From NCBI GenBank assembly GCA_964389975.1, contig CAYMGJ010000001.1:22240-86239 (forward strand): 64,000 nucleotides of DNA. The letters are read 5' to 3'. Below, in pieces: positions 1 to 8,743 of this stretch. The DNA is from an uncultured Candidatus Saccharibacteria bacterium. Its GTDB lineage: Bacteria > Patescibacteriota > Minisyncoccia > Phycocordibacterales > PALSA-1337. The position numbers and the translations under genes are program-made. The notes under the pieces were generated by a model, which had not been told where the DNA came from, searched no databases, and saw nothing but the letters and a program-made list of their open reading frames with translations. Each line of letters opens with the position of its first letter. Position 1 is the first letter of the stretch.

Positions 1-227
1 ATGCGGGTAGATTATTTGTTTATTATAGCCCCAAATTAAATACTTGTATCTCTGGCTATCAGCTAGATGTATTAAATTTTGAAATAGACGACGATAGAAG
101 TTCTATAAAAAATATTCTTACAGGTGAGACTCTCTTTAATTTCGATAATTACAATGAATATTTAGAAAAGATTGAGGAGCTTACTCGACCATCAATTTTT
201 ATGATTGATAAATATTTAAATGATTAA
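1..227 (+). CDS. Partial hypothetical protein (3' end)
   Basis: Frame 3 is open from the window edge to TAA 225-227 (AGRLFVYYSPKLNTCISGY...KYLND). AT-rich. Confidence 0.6.
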   Translation, partial: AGRLFVYYSPKLNTCISGYQLDVLNFEIDDDRSSIKNILTGETLFNFDNYNEYLEKIEELTRPSIFMIDKYLND

Positions 228-444
228 TAAAATACTCTTCCAAGCTAAAAGAAATAAAATTGTACTTCTTGCGATACTAGTTGTAATAAGTTTTTATTGG
301 TATTCTCTAAGACCATATTTAATAGTTAAGAAATGCATTCAGTTAGCTAATGACAAGGTCGACAATATTCGTGGTGATCAGACGGATGTAAGATATTTTT
401 TTGGAAATGTGAAAAACAAAATGGCATATCTAATTAACAAGTAA
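220..444 (+). CDS. Small membrane-anchored hypothetical protein
   Basis: Basic N-terminus, one TM helix, then YWYSLRP..C. Possible frameshift in the T7 run near 396-402. Confidence 0.6.
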   Translation: MINKILFQAKRNKIVLLAILVVISFYWYSLRPYLIVKKCIQLANDKVDNIRGDQTDVRYFFGNVKNKMAYLINK

Positions 445-449
445 AATGA

Positions 450-824
450 CTCGCCGGATTAGATTATGCAGAAACAGATATGATTAATAGGGTTATTGAT
501 TTAGCTAAGCGAGCAAAAGAAATATATATGAAGCGATCCCCGGAAGAAAAGAGATTACTTCTGAGTCATATTTTTTCGAACTCGATGCTAAAAGATCAGA
601 AGGTGGCTTATACACTTACTAAAAATGTAGAGTGTATTACTCAGAGGGTCCAAGAGAAATTAGATAGTGAAAAAGTCTTAGAACCGAACAAGTGTGGCCC
701 TACTAAAGGGCAAAAGGACTCTTTTGAGTCCATCTGTTCTGCTATGTTCTCCTTGCAGGACAATTTTCAGACAATATTTAAGATATGGTTATGTGTAATT
801 TATGCAAGACCTCGTCTATATTAA
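450..824 (+). pseudogene. C-terminal remnant of a large serine recombinase-like protein
   Basis: LAKRAKEIY...PEEKRLLLSHIFSN..LKD resembles the C-terminal tail of CPR large serine recombinases. No catalytic N-terminal domain upstream. Recognised from memory. Confidence 0.5.
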
Positions 825-856
825 AATTCGTCATTATCTATGATAATATATAATCT

Positions 857-1552
857 ATGAAGGATCTTATTCATAAGAATTTTTTTTTGATCGAGGATCT
901 TTCTTTTGATATTCTATACTCCCTACTTAGAAGGATGTTGTGCCTACCAATTAGATTTCTATGGATAAAAAACGTTGTCGGCTTTGATAAAATTCCTAAA
1001 AAGGGTGGGGTTATACTAGCAATGAATCATCAAAGCTACTTTGATTTTCTTTGTTTAGCTGCCGTGTCTCCTAGAAATATACACTTCCTTGCTGCTGAAA
1101 AATTTTTCGAGCACTGGTTGTGGAGGTATCTCATGAAGGTAACAAAACAGGTTAGGGTTAATAGATTTGAAACTGATAAAAAGGAGATGCATAATCTTGT
1201 TCATGATCACTTAGAACAGAAAAGGGTGATTGGAATTTTTCCTGAGGGGACAAGATCACCGCACGAACATGAAATGTTAAAAGCTTTTACTGGTGTTGCT
1301 CAGTATGGACTTTTAAAAAAAGTTCCAATTATCCCCATCGGTATAAAGGGGACATTTTCTGTTATGTCTAAATATGATAGAAGGCCTCATCTAGTAAAAA
1401 GAGTAGAGATAATTATCGGGGATCCTATACATTTTCTTGAATATCACAAAAGAAATGATTTGACCCATGTTGATTATAATGCCGTTACTCACAAGGTAAT
1501 GAAAGAAATATCAATTCTTTCTGGAAAATCTTATCCACATAAACATGATTAA
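857..1552 (+). CDS. plsC: 1-acyl-sn-glycerol-3-phosphate (lysophospholipid) acyltransferase family
   Basis: NHQSYFD (HX4D), FPEGTRS and VPIIPIGI blocks. Confidence 0.85.
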   Translation: MKDLIHKNFFLIEDLSFDILYSLLRRMLCLPIRFLWIKNVVGFDKIPKKGGVILAMNHQSYFDFLCLAAVSPRNIHFLAAEKFFEHWLWRYLMKVTKQVRVNRFETDKKEMHNLVHDHLEQKRVIGIFPEGTRSPHEHEMLKAFTGVAQYGLLKKVPIIPIGIKGTFSVMSKYDRRPHLVKRVEIIIGDPIHFLEYHKRNDLTHVDYNAVTHKVMKEISILSGKSYPHKHD

Positions 1553-2255
1553 ATATAAAAAAGTTGCTTTTTTGGATTTTGATGGAACTTTGATTAATGG
1601 TCAAAGTCAGAGATATTTAATTAGATATTTTTTTAAGAAAGACATTATTAGTTTTTTTAGATATTTCGTAGTATTGATTTGGTTTTTATTTTTTAAATTT
1701 TTAAATTTCAAAGATACAAAGGGAATATTGGAATTTGCAGTTTCTGGAATTTCTGGAAAAAATAAGGATTACATCTCTCAAGTTTTTGATAATTTTTTTA
1801 ATTCTGAATGTAAGTGTTTAATATATAGGAATAGTAAAAATTTAGTTAGAATCTTGAAACAGAAAGGTTTTTATGTCATCCTTTTTTCAAGCGCAATTGA
1901 TGATCTGGTTAACAGAGCGTCTATTTTTCTTGAGTGCAATGAACATATATCAACTAAACTAGAAGTAAAAAATAATTGTTATACAGGTAGAATTGATGGA
2001 GATGTTTTGTATGGTAAAAATAAGACAAAGGTATTTCTTGATTATATTTATAAAAATAAAATTGATCTTAACTATACATATGCATTTGCAGATCATTTTT
2101 CTGATCTCAATTTATTATTAAAGGTTGGACACCCCATCCCGACTAACCCTTCTAGACAACTGTGGAAATATGCGAATAAAAATAACTGGCCCGTGTTATA
2201 CTTAGATAATAATGAATCTTTTCAGTATTTCGAGTCTAATATTGTGTCTGAGTAG
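1545..2255 (+). CDS. HAD-IB family phosphatase (SerB-like)
   Basis: FLDFDGTL motif I, SSA motif II, K, and ADHFSDLNLL motif IV. Overlaps the plsC stop. Confidence 0.85.
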   Translation: MIKYKKVAFLDFDGTLINGQSQRYLIRYFFKKDIISFFRYFVVLIWFLFFKFLNFKDTKGILEFAVSGISGKNKDYISQVFDNFFNSECKCLIYRNSKNLVRILKQKGFYVILFSSAIDDLVNRASIFLECNEHISTKLEVKNNCYTGRIDGDVLYGKNKTKVFLDYIYKNKIDLNYTYAFADHFSDLNLLLKVGHPIPTNPSRQLWKYANKNNWPVLYLDNNESFQYFESNIVSE

Positions 2256-3810
2256 TATTGCGTTCAGTTTTATTATCTATAGAACAGACCGAACAAATAA
2301 AATAAATAAATCATGGTTTTATTCATGCATTTCCTTTTCCCTGTGGGCACTTGGGTTGACCGGTGTGACTTTGTCTAAAATGGAAAGTTCAGCGATTTTT
2401 TGGCAGTATTTATTGGATGTGTCAGCAATATTTCTTCCTTTCTTCTATCTTGTCTTTATTTTTAATCTCTTGAAGTTAAAAAAGATATCTATAATCTATC
2501 TTTTTGCATTAATTGCATCCGGACTTGCTTTGTTCAGTTTTACTCCGCTATTTAAACACGGGGTAACAGTACTCTATGGTTTTTATTGGATTAAACCAGG
2601 TGAATATTATATAGTTTTCCCAGCATATTTTTTATCAGTTGCTGTAATAACTCTGGGGTTATTAATAAGGCAATATTTTATATATAAAAAAGATAGCTTA
2701 TTAAGATCTCAAATTAGGAATACTCTAATAGCAGGAATTATTGGCTATACTGGTGGGCTTACAAATTTTTTTCCACAATTATTTAGTATCTATCCCTATG
2801 GGAATTATCTAGTTATTCTTTATATAGTTTTCATGGTTTATGGGGTTTTAAAATATAAACTTCTTAGTACCAAGGTCATTTCTGCACAAATATTCTCTAC
2901 TGCTCTTATATTGGTATCTCTGTTTAATCTTTTAAAATCAGAGCAAATTAATGATTGGTTGTTAAATTTTTTGATCCTCCTTCTTATTTCAGTCTTCAGT
3001 TATTTTTTGATAAATAGTGTGAATGAAGAAGTAAGAGCCCGCGAAAAAATAGAAAAACTAGCAACTGATCTCAAGGTGGCAAATACACGTTTAGTCGAAC
3101 TTGATAAACAAAAATCTGAGTTCGTATCATTTGCAACCCATCAGCTTAGAGCTCCTCTTACTGCAATGAAGGGATACACCTCTCTTATGCTTGAAAACGA
3201 AATGGGGACTCTTTCAGCTGAGGTTCGCACTGCTATTTCTCGCATTTATGAATCAGCCAAGACTCTAACTTCTATAGTTGATGACTATCTCAATATTTCT
3301 CGTATTGAGCTCGGTACTATGAAATACGCTTTCTCGGTTCTCGATCTAAAAGTTATGGTTTCTAATGTTATCGGAGAACTTAAGCCTAATATTGAGAAAA
3401 GCGGTCTTGTTACATCTTTTTCAACATCTCCATCAGGAGAATCTGAACGATTTATGGTCCGAGCCGATCAAGACAAACTTAAACAGGTTATAGCTAATCT
3501 CATTGATAATTCAATTAAATACACTCCTCAAGGTTCTCTTAACATATCTCTCATTAAGGATACGGATAAGAGAATAATTACATTTAAGATAAAGGATACA
3601 GGGGTAGGTATCGCCCCTGAGGTTATGCCGAAACTTTTCTCAAAATTTGTTCGTGCTGATAATGCTAATAAGCAAAATATCTATGGAACAGGTCTTGGAC
3701 TCTTTGTGGCAAAAGAGATAGTACTGGCTCATCATGGAAAGATCTGGGCTGAGTCTGAGGGGGATGGAAAGGGTAGTTGTTTCTATGTTGAGTTAGAAAT
3801 GTCAGTATAG
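2212..3810 (+). CDS. Membrane sensor histidine kinase (multi-TM N-terminus, HisKA, HATPase)
   Basis: H-box ATHQLRAPL, N-box NLIDNSIKY, DTGVGI and GTGLGL. About 8 N-terminal TM helices. Confidence 0.92.
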   Translation: MNLFSISSLILCLSSIAFSFIIYRTDRTNKINKSWFYSCISFSLWALGLTGVTLSKMESSAIFWQYLLDVSAIFLPFFYLVFIFNLLKLKKISIIYLFALIASGLALFSFTPLFKHGVTVLYGFYWIKPGEYYIVFPAYFLSVAVITLGLLIRQYFIYKKDSLLRSQIRNTLIAGIIGYTGGLTNFFPQLFSIYPYGNYLVILYIVFMVYGVLKYKLLSTKVISAQIFSTALILVSLFNLLKSEQINDWLLNFLILLLISVFSYFLINSVNEEVRAREKIEKLATDLKVANTRLVELDKQKSEFVSFATHQLRAPLTAMKGYTSLMLENEMGTLSAEVRTAISRIYESAKTLTSIVDDYLNISRIELGTMKYAFSVLDLKVMVSNVIGELKPNIEKSGLVTSFSTSPSGESERFMVRADQDKLKQVIANLIDNSIKYTPQGSLNISLIKDTDKRIITFKIKDTGVGIAPEVMPKLFSKFVRADNANKQNIYGTGLGLFVAKEIVLAHHGKIWAESEGDGKGSCFYVELEMSV

Positions 3811-3849
3811 TTTCTTTGTCTAATGTTATATTATTGTTACAATCAGAAT

Positions 3850-4703
3850 ATGAAATCAAGAGGCTTTTTACACTCATTGAACTTCTCGTAGTTATATCTG
3901 TCATATCACTTCTCTCAAGTGTTGTGCTTGCTGTAACAAATACAGCTCGTGAACGTGCACGTATTGCCGCTTCACAGACATTCAGTGGATATAATTTTCG
4001 AAATCTAGGTGCTGAAGCAGCTTTTTCTTTTAATTTCGATGAAGGAACTGGTCTTGTAACAAATGATTTCTTTAATAACTATAGTGCAAACCTCATCAAT
4101 GTTAACTGGAGTGCTGAAACACAAAACAACAAGGGGAGTTCCATGTATTTCCCTGGAATTGGTCCAGGGGCAGGGGCTGCAAATCAATATGTGTATATAA
4201 CCGGTCCAGGAGGGGTTCCTAAACAGGTGATGGTACCTACAGTTGTTACTGTGTCGGGGTGGATAAAGACAGCAACAGATTCATATGGAACTGTTTTTAC
4301 CAATAGAGGAAGTAGTGATACAGGCGTTGCGGGTAGTGGTAAATTTGCCTTCCTCATTACCACAAAAAGACTGTATATATATGCAAACAATGGGACGCCG
4401 TCCCTCTCCATGATTTCTCAGAAAGCAATTGCTGATAACAAATGGCATCATGTTGCATTTACATCAGATGGAACTCTTTGGATTCTTTATATAGACGGAA
4501 AAGAAGATTCTCGAATGGTTAATACCATGGGAGGAACGGCAGGGTGGGGAAGAATTGGGGCTGATGGCGCCTACTACACAACAGGATATCTTGATGACGT
4601 TAGTCTCTACAATCAATCCCTCACCTCTTCACAGATTGAATATCTCTACGCACAGGGAGTTGATTCTCATAGGGATTTTGCATCATCTCCTTCATATCGA
4701 TAA
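3850..4703 (+). pseudogene. Type IV pilin-like protein with LamG/ConA-like domain, frameshifted at the prepilin cleavage site
   Basis: ATG 3850 reads MKSRG-F, but FTLIELLVVISVISLLSSVV lies in another frame across the T5 run at 3865-3869. C-terminal LamG motifs WHHVAFT, LYIDG and GYLDDVSLYN. Confidence 0.75.
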
Positions 4704-4722
4704 TTAATGATATACTAACTTT

Positions 4723-5172
4723 ATGAAAATACTTTTAGCGACAGATCATGCTGGTTTTAATTTAAAAAATGACATAAAAGACTTCCTTACCACGGAAGGT
4801 TTTGAAGTTGAAGATATGGGTGCTCACGTTCTCGATCCTGAAGATCACTATCCTGAGATTATGGTCCCTCTTGCTATGCGACTTCTTCAGTCAGAAACAG
4901 GTACACGTGCAATTGTTTTTGGAAAATCTGGACAAGGAGAAGCTATGCTCATGAATCGTTTTCCTGGTGTTCGAACCGCTGTTTACTATGGAAAAAATAT
5001 TGATATTATTAGACTTTCTCGTGAGCATAATGATGCAAACGTTCTTTCTCTTGCTGCTGGTTTCCTTACCCCTGAAGAAGCACGGGAAGCTGTGAAGCTC
5101 TGGATTTCAACACCATTTAGTGGTGATGCGCGACATGTGAAGAGAAATACCATGCTTGATACGATAGAATAA
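4723..5172 (+). CDS. rpiB: Ribose-5-phosphate isomerase B
   Basis: ATDHAG, SGQGEAM, SREHNDANVLSL, RHVKR. Confidence 0.92.
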   Translation: MKILLATDHAGFNLKNDIKDFLTTEGFEVEDMGAHVLDPEDHYPEIMVPLAMRLLQSETGTRAIVFGKSGQGEAMLMNRFPGVRTAVYYGKNIDIIRLSREHNDANVLSLAAGFLTPEEAREAVKLWISTPFSGDARHVKRNTMLDTIE

Positions 5173-5177
5173 AATAT

Positions 5178-5843
5178 ATGAAAATAGTACCCGCCATACT
5201 TCCTAAAGATTTTGCTGAACTTGAAGAGAAAATAGAATTAATTCACGGAGCTGTTCATGCTGTACAGGTTGATATTTGTGATGGAAAATTTGTCCCTTCT
5301 TCAACGTGGCCATACAAGAAACATGATGAAAATTTTGAATCAATCTTACGCGAAGAGAGAGGTATGCCTGCATGGGAAGATATTGATTATGAATTTGACC
5401 TCATGATCTCAAATCCTTCTGAAGATGATGCACGAACATGGATATCTGCAGGAGCTGCTCGAATCATTCTTCATGTTGAATCTTCTCCTGATCTCACCCC
5501 TGTACTCAAAATTCTTCACGGTCTTGTTGAGGTTGGTATTGCACTTAATATCGACACACCTACATCAGATATTCTTAAGTACAAGGAATATATTCAAGTT
5601 GTTCAGTGCATGGGTATTCGAAGAATTGGATATCAAGGTGAAGCTTTTGATGAAAGGGTGCTTACAAAAATACATGAAGTAAAGGAAATATTGCCCGGTA
5701 TTCCTGTTTCTGTCGATGGGGGAGTTTCTCTCGATACTGTCACAATGCTAAAGGATGCTGGTGTTGATACTGTTGTTGTGGGTTCTGCTCTTTTCTCAAG
5801 TGATGATATTATTCACACTATCGCAGAATTAAAACGTATTTAA
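5178..5843 (+). CDS. rpe: Ribulose-phosphate 3-epimerase
   Basis: PAIL, VDICDGKFVP, DLM, VDGGV, VVGSALF. Confidence 0.88.
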   Translation: MKIVPAILPKDFAELEEKIELIHGAVHAVQVDICDGKFVPSSTWPYKKHDENFESILREERGMPAWEDIDYEFDLMISNPSEDDARTWISAGAARIILHVESSPDLTPVLKILHGLVEVGIALNIDTPTSDILKYKEYIQVVQCMGIRRIGYQGEAFDERVLTKIHEVKEILPGIPVSVDGGVSLDTVTMLKDAGVDTVVVGSALFSSDDIIHTIAELKRI

Positions 5844-5861
5844 GTGCTACAATATACGGGT

Positions 5862-6716
5862 ATGTCATTACCTCGTCTAACTGAAGAAAAAGTTCAATTT
5901 CTCTTTGAGAAAGCTCTCGATGTACGACGTTCTGTTATACAAATGCTCATCGAGGCTCAGAGTGGGCACACTGCTGGACCTCTCGGTATGGCAGATATAT
6001 TTGTCTATCTCTATTTCCATGCCTTACAGCATGATCCTAAAAATCCAGCTTGGCCATATCGTGATCGTTTCGTTCTTTCTAATGGTCATATTTGCCCAGT
6101 TCTCTATGCTACGATGGCTCATGCAGGATATTTCCCTGTATCAGAACTTTCAACCTTACGAAAATTTGGTTCAAAACTCCAAGGACATCCTCATCGAGAG
6201 TTTCTTCCTGCCCTTGAGAATTCTTCGGGTCCTTTAGGTTCTGGACTCTCTCAGATTGTGGGAATGGCATTGGCTGAGCGTATTGATTTTGGTAGAACCT
6301 CAGGAAAACAATTTGTTGCTGTAACGGGAGATGGAGAACTTGATGAAGGGCAAAATTGGGAAGCAATTCTTCTTGCGGGTAAAGAGAAGATTCAAAATAT
6401 TACTGTTTTCATTGATCGTAACAATATACAAATTGATGGATTCACTGAAGACGTCATGCCCCTTAATCCTCTTGGAGACAAATTCCGTGCTTTCAATTGG
6501 CATGTACAAGAAGTTGATGGCCATAATTTCCGTGCTATCGATGAGGCATACACACAGGCACTTTCTGTTTTCGACAAACCTTCAGTTATTATCGCAAATA
6601 CCATTTCATCAAAGGGAATACCTGAGTTTGAACGAAAGTTTGAATGGCATGGTAAGCCACCAACAACTCCAGAAGAGATTCTCATAGCTCGGAAAGCTTT
6701 GGGAATTAGGGTGTAG
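5862..6716 (+). CDS. Transketolase, N-terminal (TPP-binding) subunit
   Basis: SGHTAG, DRFVLSNGH, LQGHP, GDGELDEG. ATG 5862 follows an extended -10. Confidence 0.93.
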   Translation: MSLPRLTEEKVQFLFEKALDVRRSVIQMLIEAQSGHTAGPLGMADIFVYLYFHALQHDPKNPAWPYRDRFVLSNGHICPVLYATMAHAGYFPVSELSTLRKFGSKLQGHPHREFLPALENSSGPLGSGLSQIVGMALAERIDFGRTSGKQFVAVTGDGELDEGQNWEAILLAGKEKIQNITVFIDRNNIQIDGFTEDVMPLNPLGDKFRAFNWHVQEVDGHNFRAIDEAYTQALSVFDKPSVIIANTISSKGIPEFERKFEWHGKPPTTPEEILIARKALGIRV

Positions 6717-6866
6717 AGAAAAAACTCACTCAACATTAATTATTAAAAGAGTCTCGGTATTGCACAATCTGCTTTGGCACGTTTTGAATCAGGACGTGGA
6801 AATCCAACTCTGTTATTTTTACAAAAGATCACCTCAGGTCTCGGACTCAAACTCACAGTCATCTAA
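6717..6866 (+). pseudogene. XRE-family HTH regulator/antitoxin remnant
   Basis: 6753-6866 translates LGIAQSALARFESGRGNPTLLFLQKITSGLGLKLTVI*. Upstream EKKLTQ is followed by a stop, and there is no start codon. Confidence 0.7.
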
Positions 6867-6899
6867 TTTGTCTTTGTAAACTTGGTGTATAATAGAGGG

Positions 6900-7151
6900 A
6901 TGATGCGAAACTTTGAAATCATTTTAAAAATTGCCTTTCTTGCAGGATCTATTGTGTTTCTTTTTACAAAAGATTTTAATTCTGTTGGTTTTCTCATATT
7001 TCTCATTGTCTGTGCTGTACTTGGTTGTGTTCTTGTTGTTAACAAAGATTCCAGCTATCACTATCCTCAAACACCTCGTGATTTAGTAATACGAAAGATT
7101 GAGGGCATTCTTCTTGTTGTGTTCTCGATAATTACCTTTATCTATGCTTAA
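6900..7151 (+). CDS. Small three-TM hypothetical protein
   Basis: Hydrophobic ORF after TATAAT. Overlaps the start of the transketolase C-terminal subunit. Confidence 0.65.
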   Translation: MMRNFEIILKIAFLAGSIVFLFTKDFNSVGFLIFLIVCAVLGCVLVVNKDSSYHYPQTPRDLVIRKIEGILLVVFSIITFIYA

Positions 7152-8148
7152 TCCTCATCAGAAACTTAATTCGAAGATATTTGATACTAATATTGAACAA
7201 GTTCCCATTCGTAAAGGATTTGGAGAAGGTCTTGTAATTGCTGGAGACATGAACAAAAATGTTGTGGGGCTCTGTGCTGACCTTACTGAATCAACACAAA
7301 TGCATCTCTTTAAAAACAAATACCCAGATCGCTTTATCGAAATTGGTATTGCAGAACAAAATCTTGCGAGTGTTGCTTCTGGAATGGCTGCTATGGGAAA
7401 AATTCCCTTCATAACTTCATATGCAATGTTTAGTCCTGGTAGAAACTGGGAACAGATACGTACTACCATCTGCTACAATGACCGACCTGTAAAGATTGCT
7501 GGTTCTCATGCAGGTATTTCTGTTGGTCCAGATGGAGGTACTCATCAGGCAATTGAAGATCTCGCCATTACTCGAGTCATTCCTAATATGGTAGTCATTT
7601 CTCCATGTGATGTTCATGAAGCCCGTAAAGCAACTATCGCATGTGCTCAAACTCCACACCCTACATATATTCGTCTTGCACGTGAGAAAACACCTGTCAT
7701 AACGACAGAAGAAACACCCTTTGAAATTGGGAAGGCACAACTTGTTTTTGAACCTCAGAATCATGAACGAGCAGAGATTGGTATCATTGCCACAGGTGCT
7801 CTTCTGTACAAAGCCCTTAAGGTTGCTCAAGAACTTGAAAATCAAGGCAAGAAGGTTAAGGTATTGAATCTTGCTACCATTAAACCTCTTGATGAAGATG
7901 CTGTATGGAGACTTGCTCATGAAGCTGGAGCCGTCGTTACCGTAGAGGAGCATCAAATTGCAGGAGGTATGGGTTCTGCAATTGCTGAATGTCTTGCTCG
8001 AAACTACCCAGTTCCAATGGAATTTGTTGGTGTGAAAGATCTTTTTGGTCAATCAGGTACACCCGATCAACTTCTCGAACATTACGGTATGGGGGAAAAG
8101 CATATTATGGAAGCTGTTAAAAAAGTATTGCTTCGAAAAGGGAAGTAG
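7144..8148 (+). CDS. Transketolase, C-terminal subunit
   Basis: GIAEQN, GPDGGTHQ, TIKPLD, VEEH. Confidence 0.93.
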   Translation: MLNPHQKLNSKIFDTNIEQVPIRKGFGEGLVIAGDMNKNVVGLCADLTESTQMHLFKNKYPDRFIEIGIAEQNLASVASGMAAMGKIPFITSYAMFSPGRNWEQIRTTICYNDRPVKIAGSHAGISVGPDGGTHQAIEDLAITRVIPNMVVISPCDVHEARKATIACAQTPHPTYIRLAREKTPVITTEETPFEIGKAQLVFEPQNHERAEIGIIATGALLYKALKVAQELENQGKKVKVLNLATIKPLDEDAVWRLAHEAGAVVTVEEHQIAGGMGSAIAECLARNYPVPMEFVGVKDLFGQSGTPDQLLEHYGMGEKHIMEAVKKVLLRKGK

Positions 8149-8266
8149 GGTAGAATATTTGTTACATTATGATATTTTCATATGTCACATTCACTAAGCT
8201 TGTCATTGCCCGGGAATATATTTCCAGGTCTGGTGTTTGTGATGTATCTCTGTAAGTGATAGATTG

Positions 8267-8304
8267 CAAAAACGAGTTCTGGAAAAAAACCGGAACTCGT
8301 TTTG
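8267..8304. terminator. Bidirectional intrinsic terminator-like hairpin
   Basis: AAAACGAGTTCTGG/CCGGAACTCGTTTT inverted repeat. Confidence 0.6.
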
Positions 8305-8343
8305 TATATAGTGTACAAAATAGCTCTTCAACATGAGGTGTAT

Positions 8344-8679
8344 ATGCCAATTAATAGTCGTATCTATAGGAGGAAACAAGGAGATGCCTTGGTATCCACT
8401 CGGGATTCACAAGGATGGGTTCAGGAAGAGTCTGGTAATCGTGTACTGATGTTTCGATCGCAGTATGATCGAGATGTGTGGCTTGATGGGATGTCATATC
8501 AAGCCGAGCGGAGGAAAATTCTTTCAGAATACTCTGTCTTTAAGACACGTCATGGATATTGTCCTGCACAAAAAATCCCTAATTCTGTCGGGTATCAAAT
8601 GGTTCTTCGCCCGTCACAGCGTAGGGTTCCTGTAGTGTTTGACGGAGGCAGGTGGATACCTCTACGTATATCGCCATAG
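8344..8679 (+). CDS. Hypothetical protein (ORFan cassette)
   Basis: GAGGTG SD before ATG 8344. Own -10 and a downstream terminator. Confidence 0.6.
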   Translation: MPINSRIYRRKQGDALVSTRDSQGWVQEESGNRVLMFRSQYDRDVWLDGMSYQAERRKILSEYSVFKTRHGYCPAQKIPNSVGYQMVLRPSQRRVPVVFDGGRWIPLRISP

Positions 8680-8696
8680 TTCACCTTCGTTTCAAA

Positions 8697-8727
8697 GACC
8701 GCACGGATTCGTCCATGCGGTTTTTTT
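8697..8727 (+). terminator. Intrinsic terminator (ACCGCA...TGCGGT family)
   Basis: GACCGCACGGA-TTCG-TCCATGCGGT followed by a T-run. Confidence 0.75.
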
Positions 8728-8743
8728 ATGCTAATCTATCCCT

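Noticed and set aside
391-444. Phase variation at the T7 run of the 74-aa gene (alternative ending WKCEKQNGISN)
   Set aside because: Both frames end within a few codons and there is no independent evidence for either. It could be a homopolymer error.
8160-8260. 25-28 aa ORFs after transketolase
   Set aside because: Two competing short frames with no SD and no distinguishing features.
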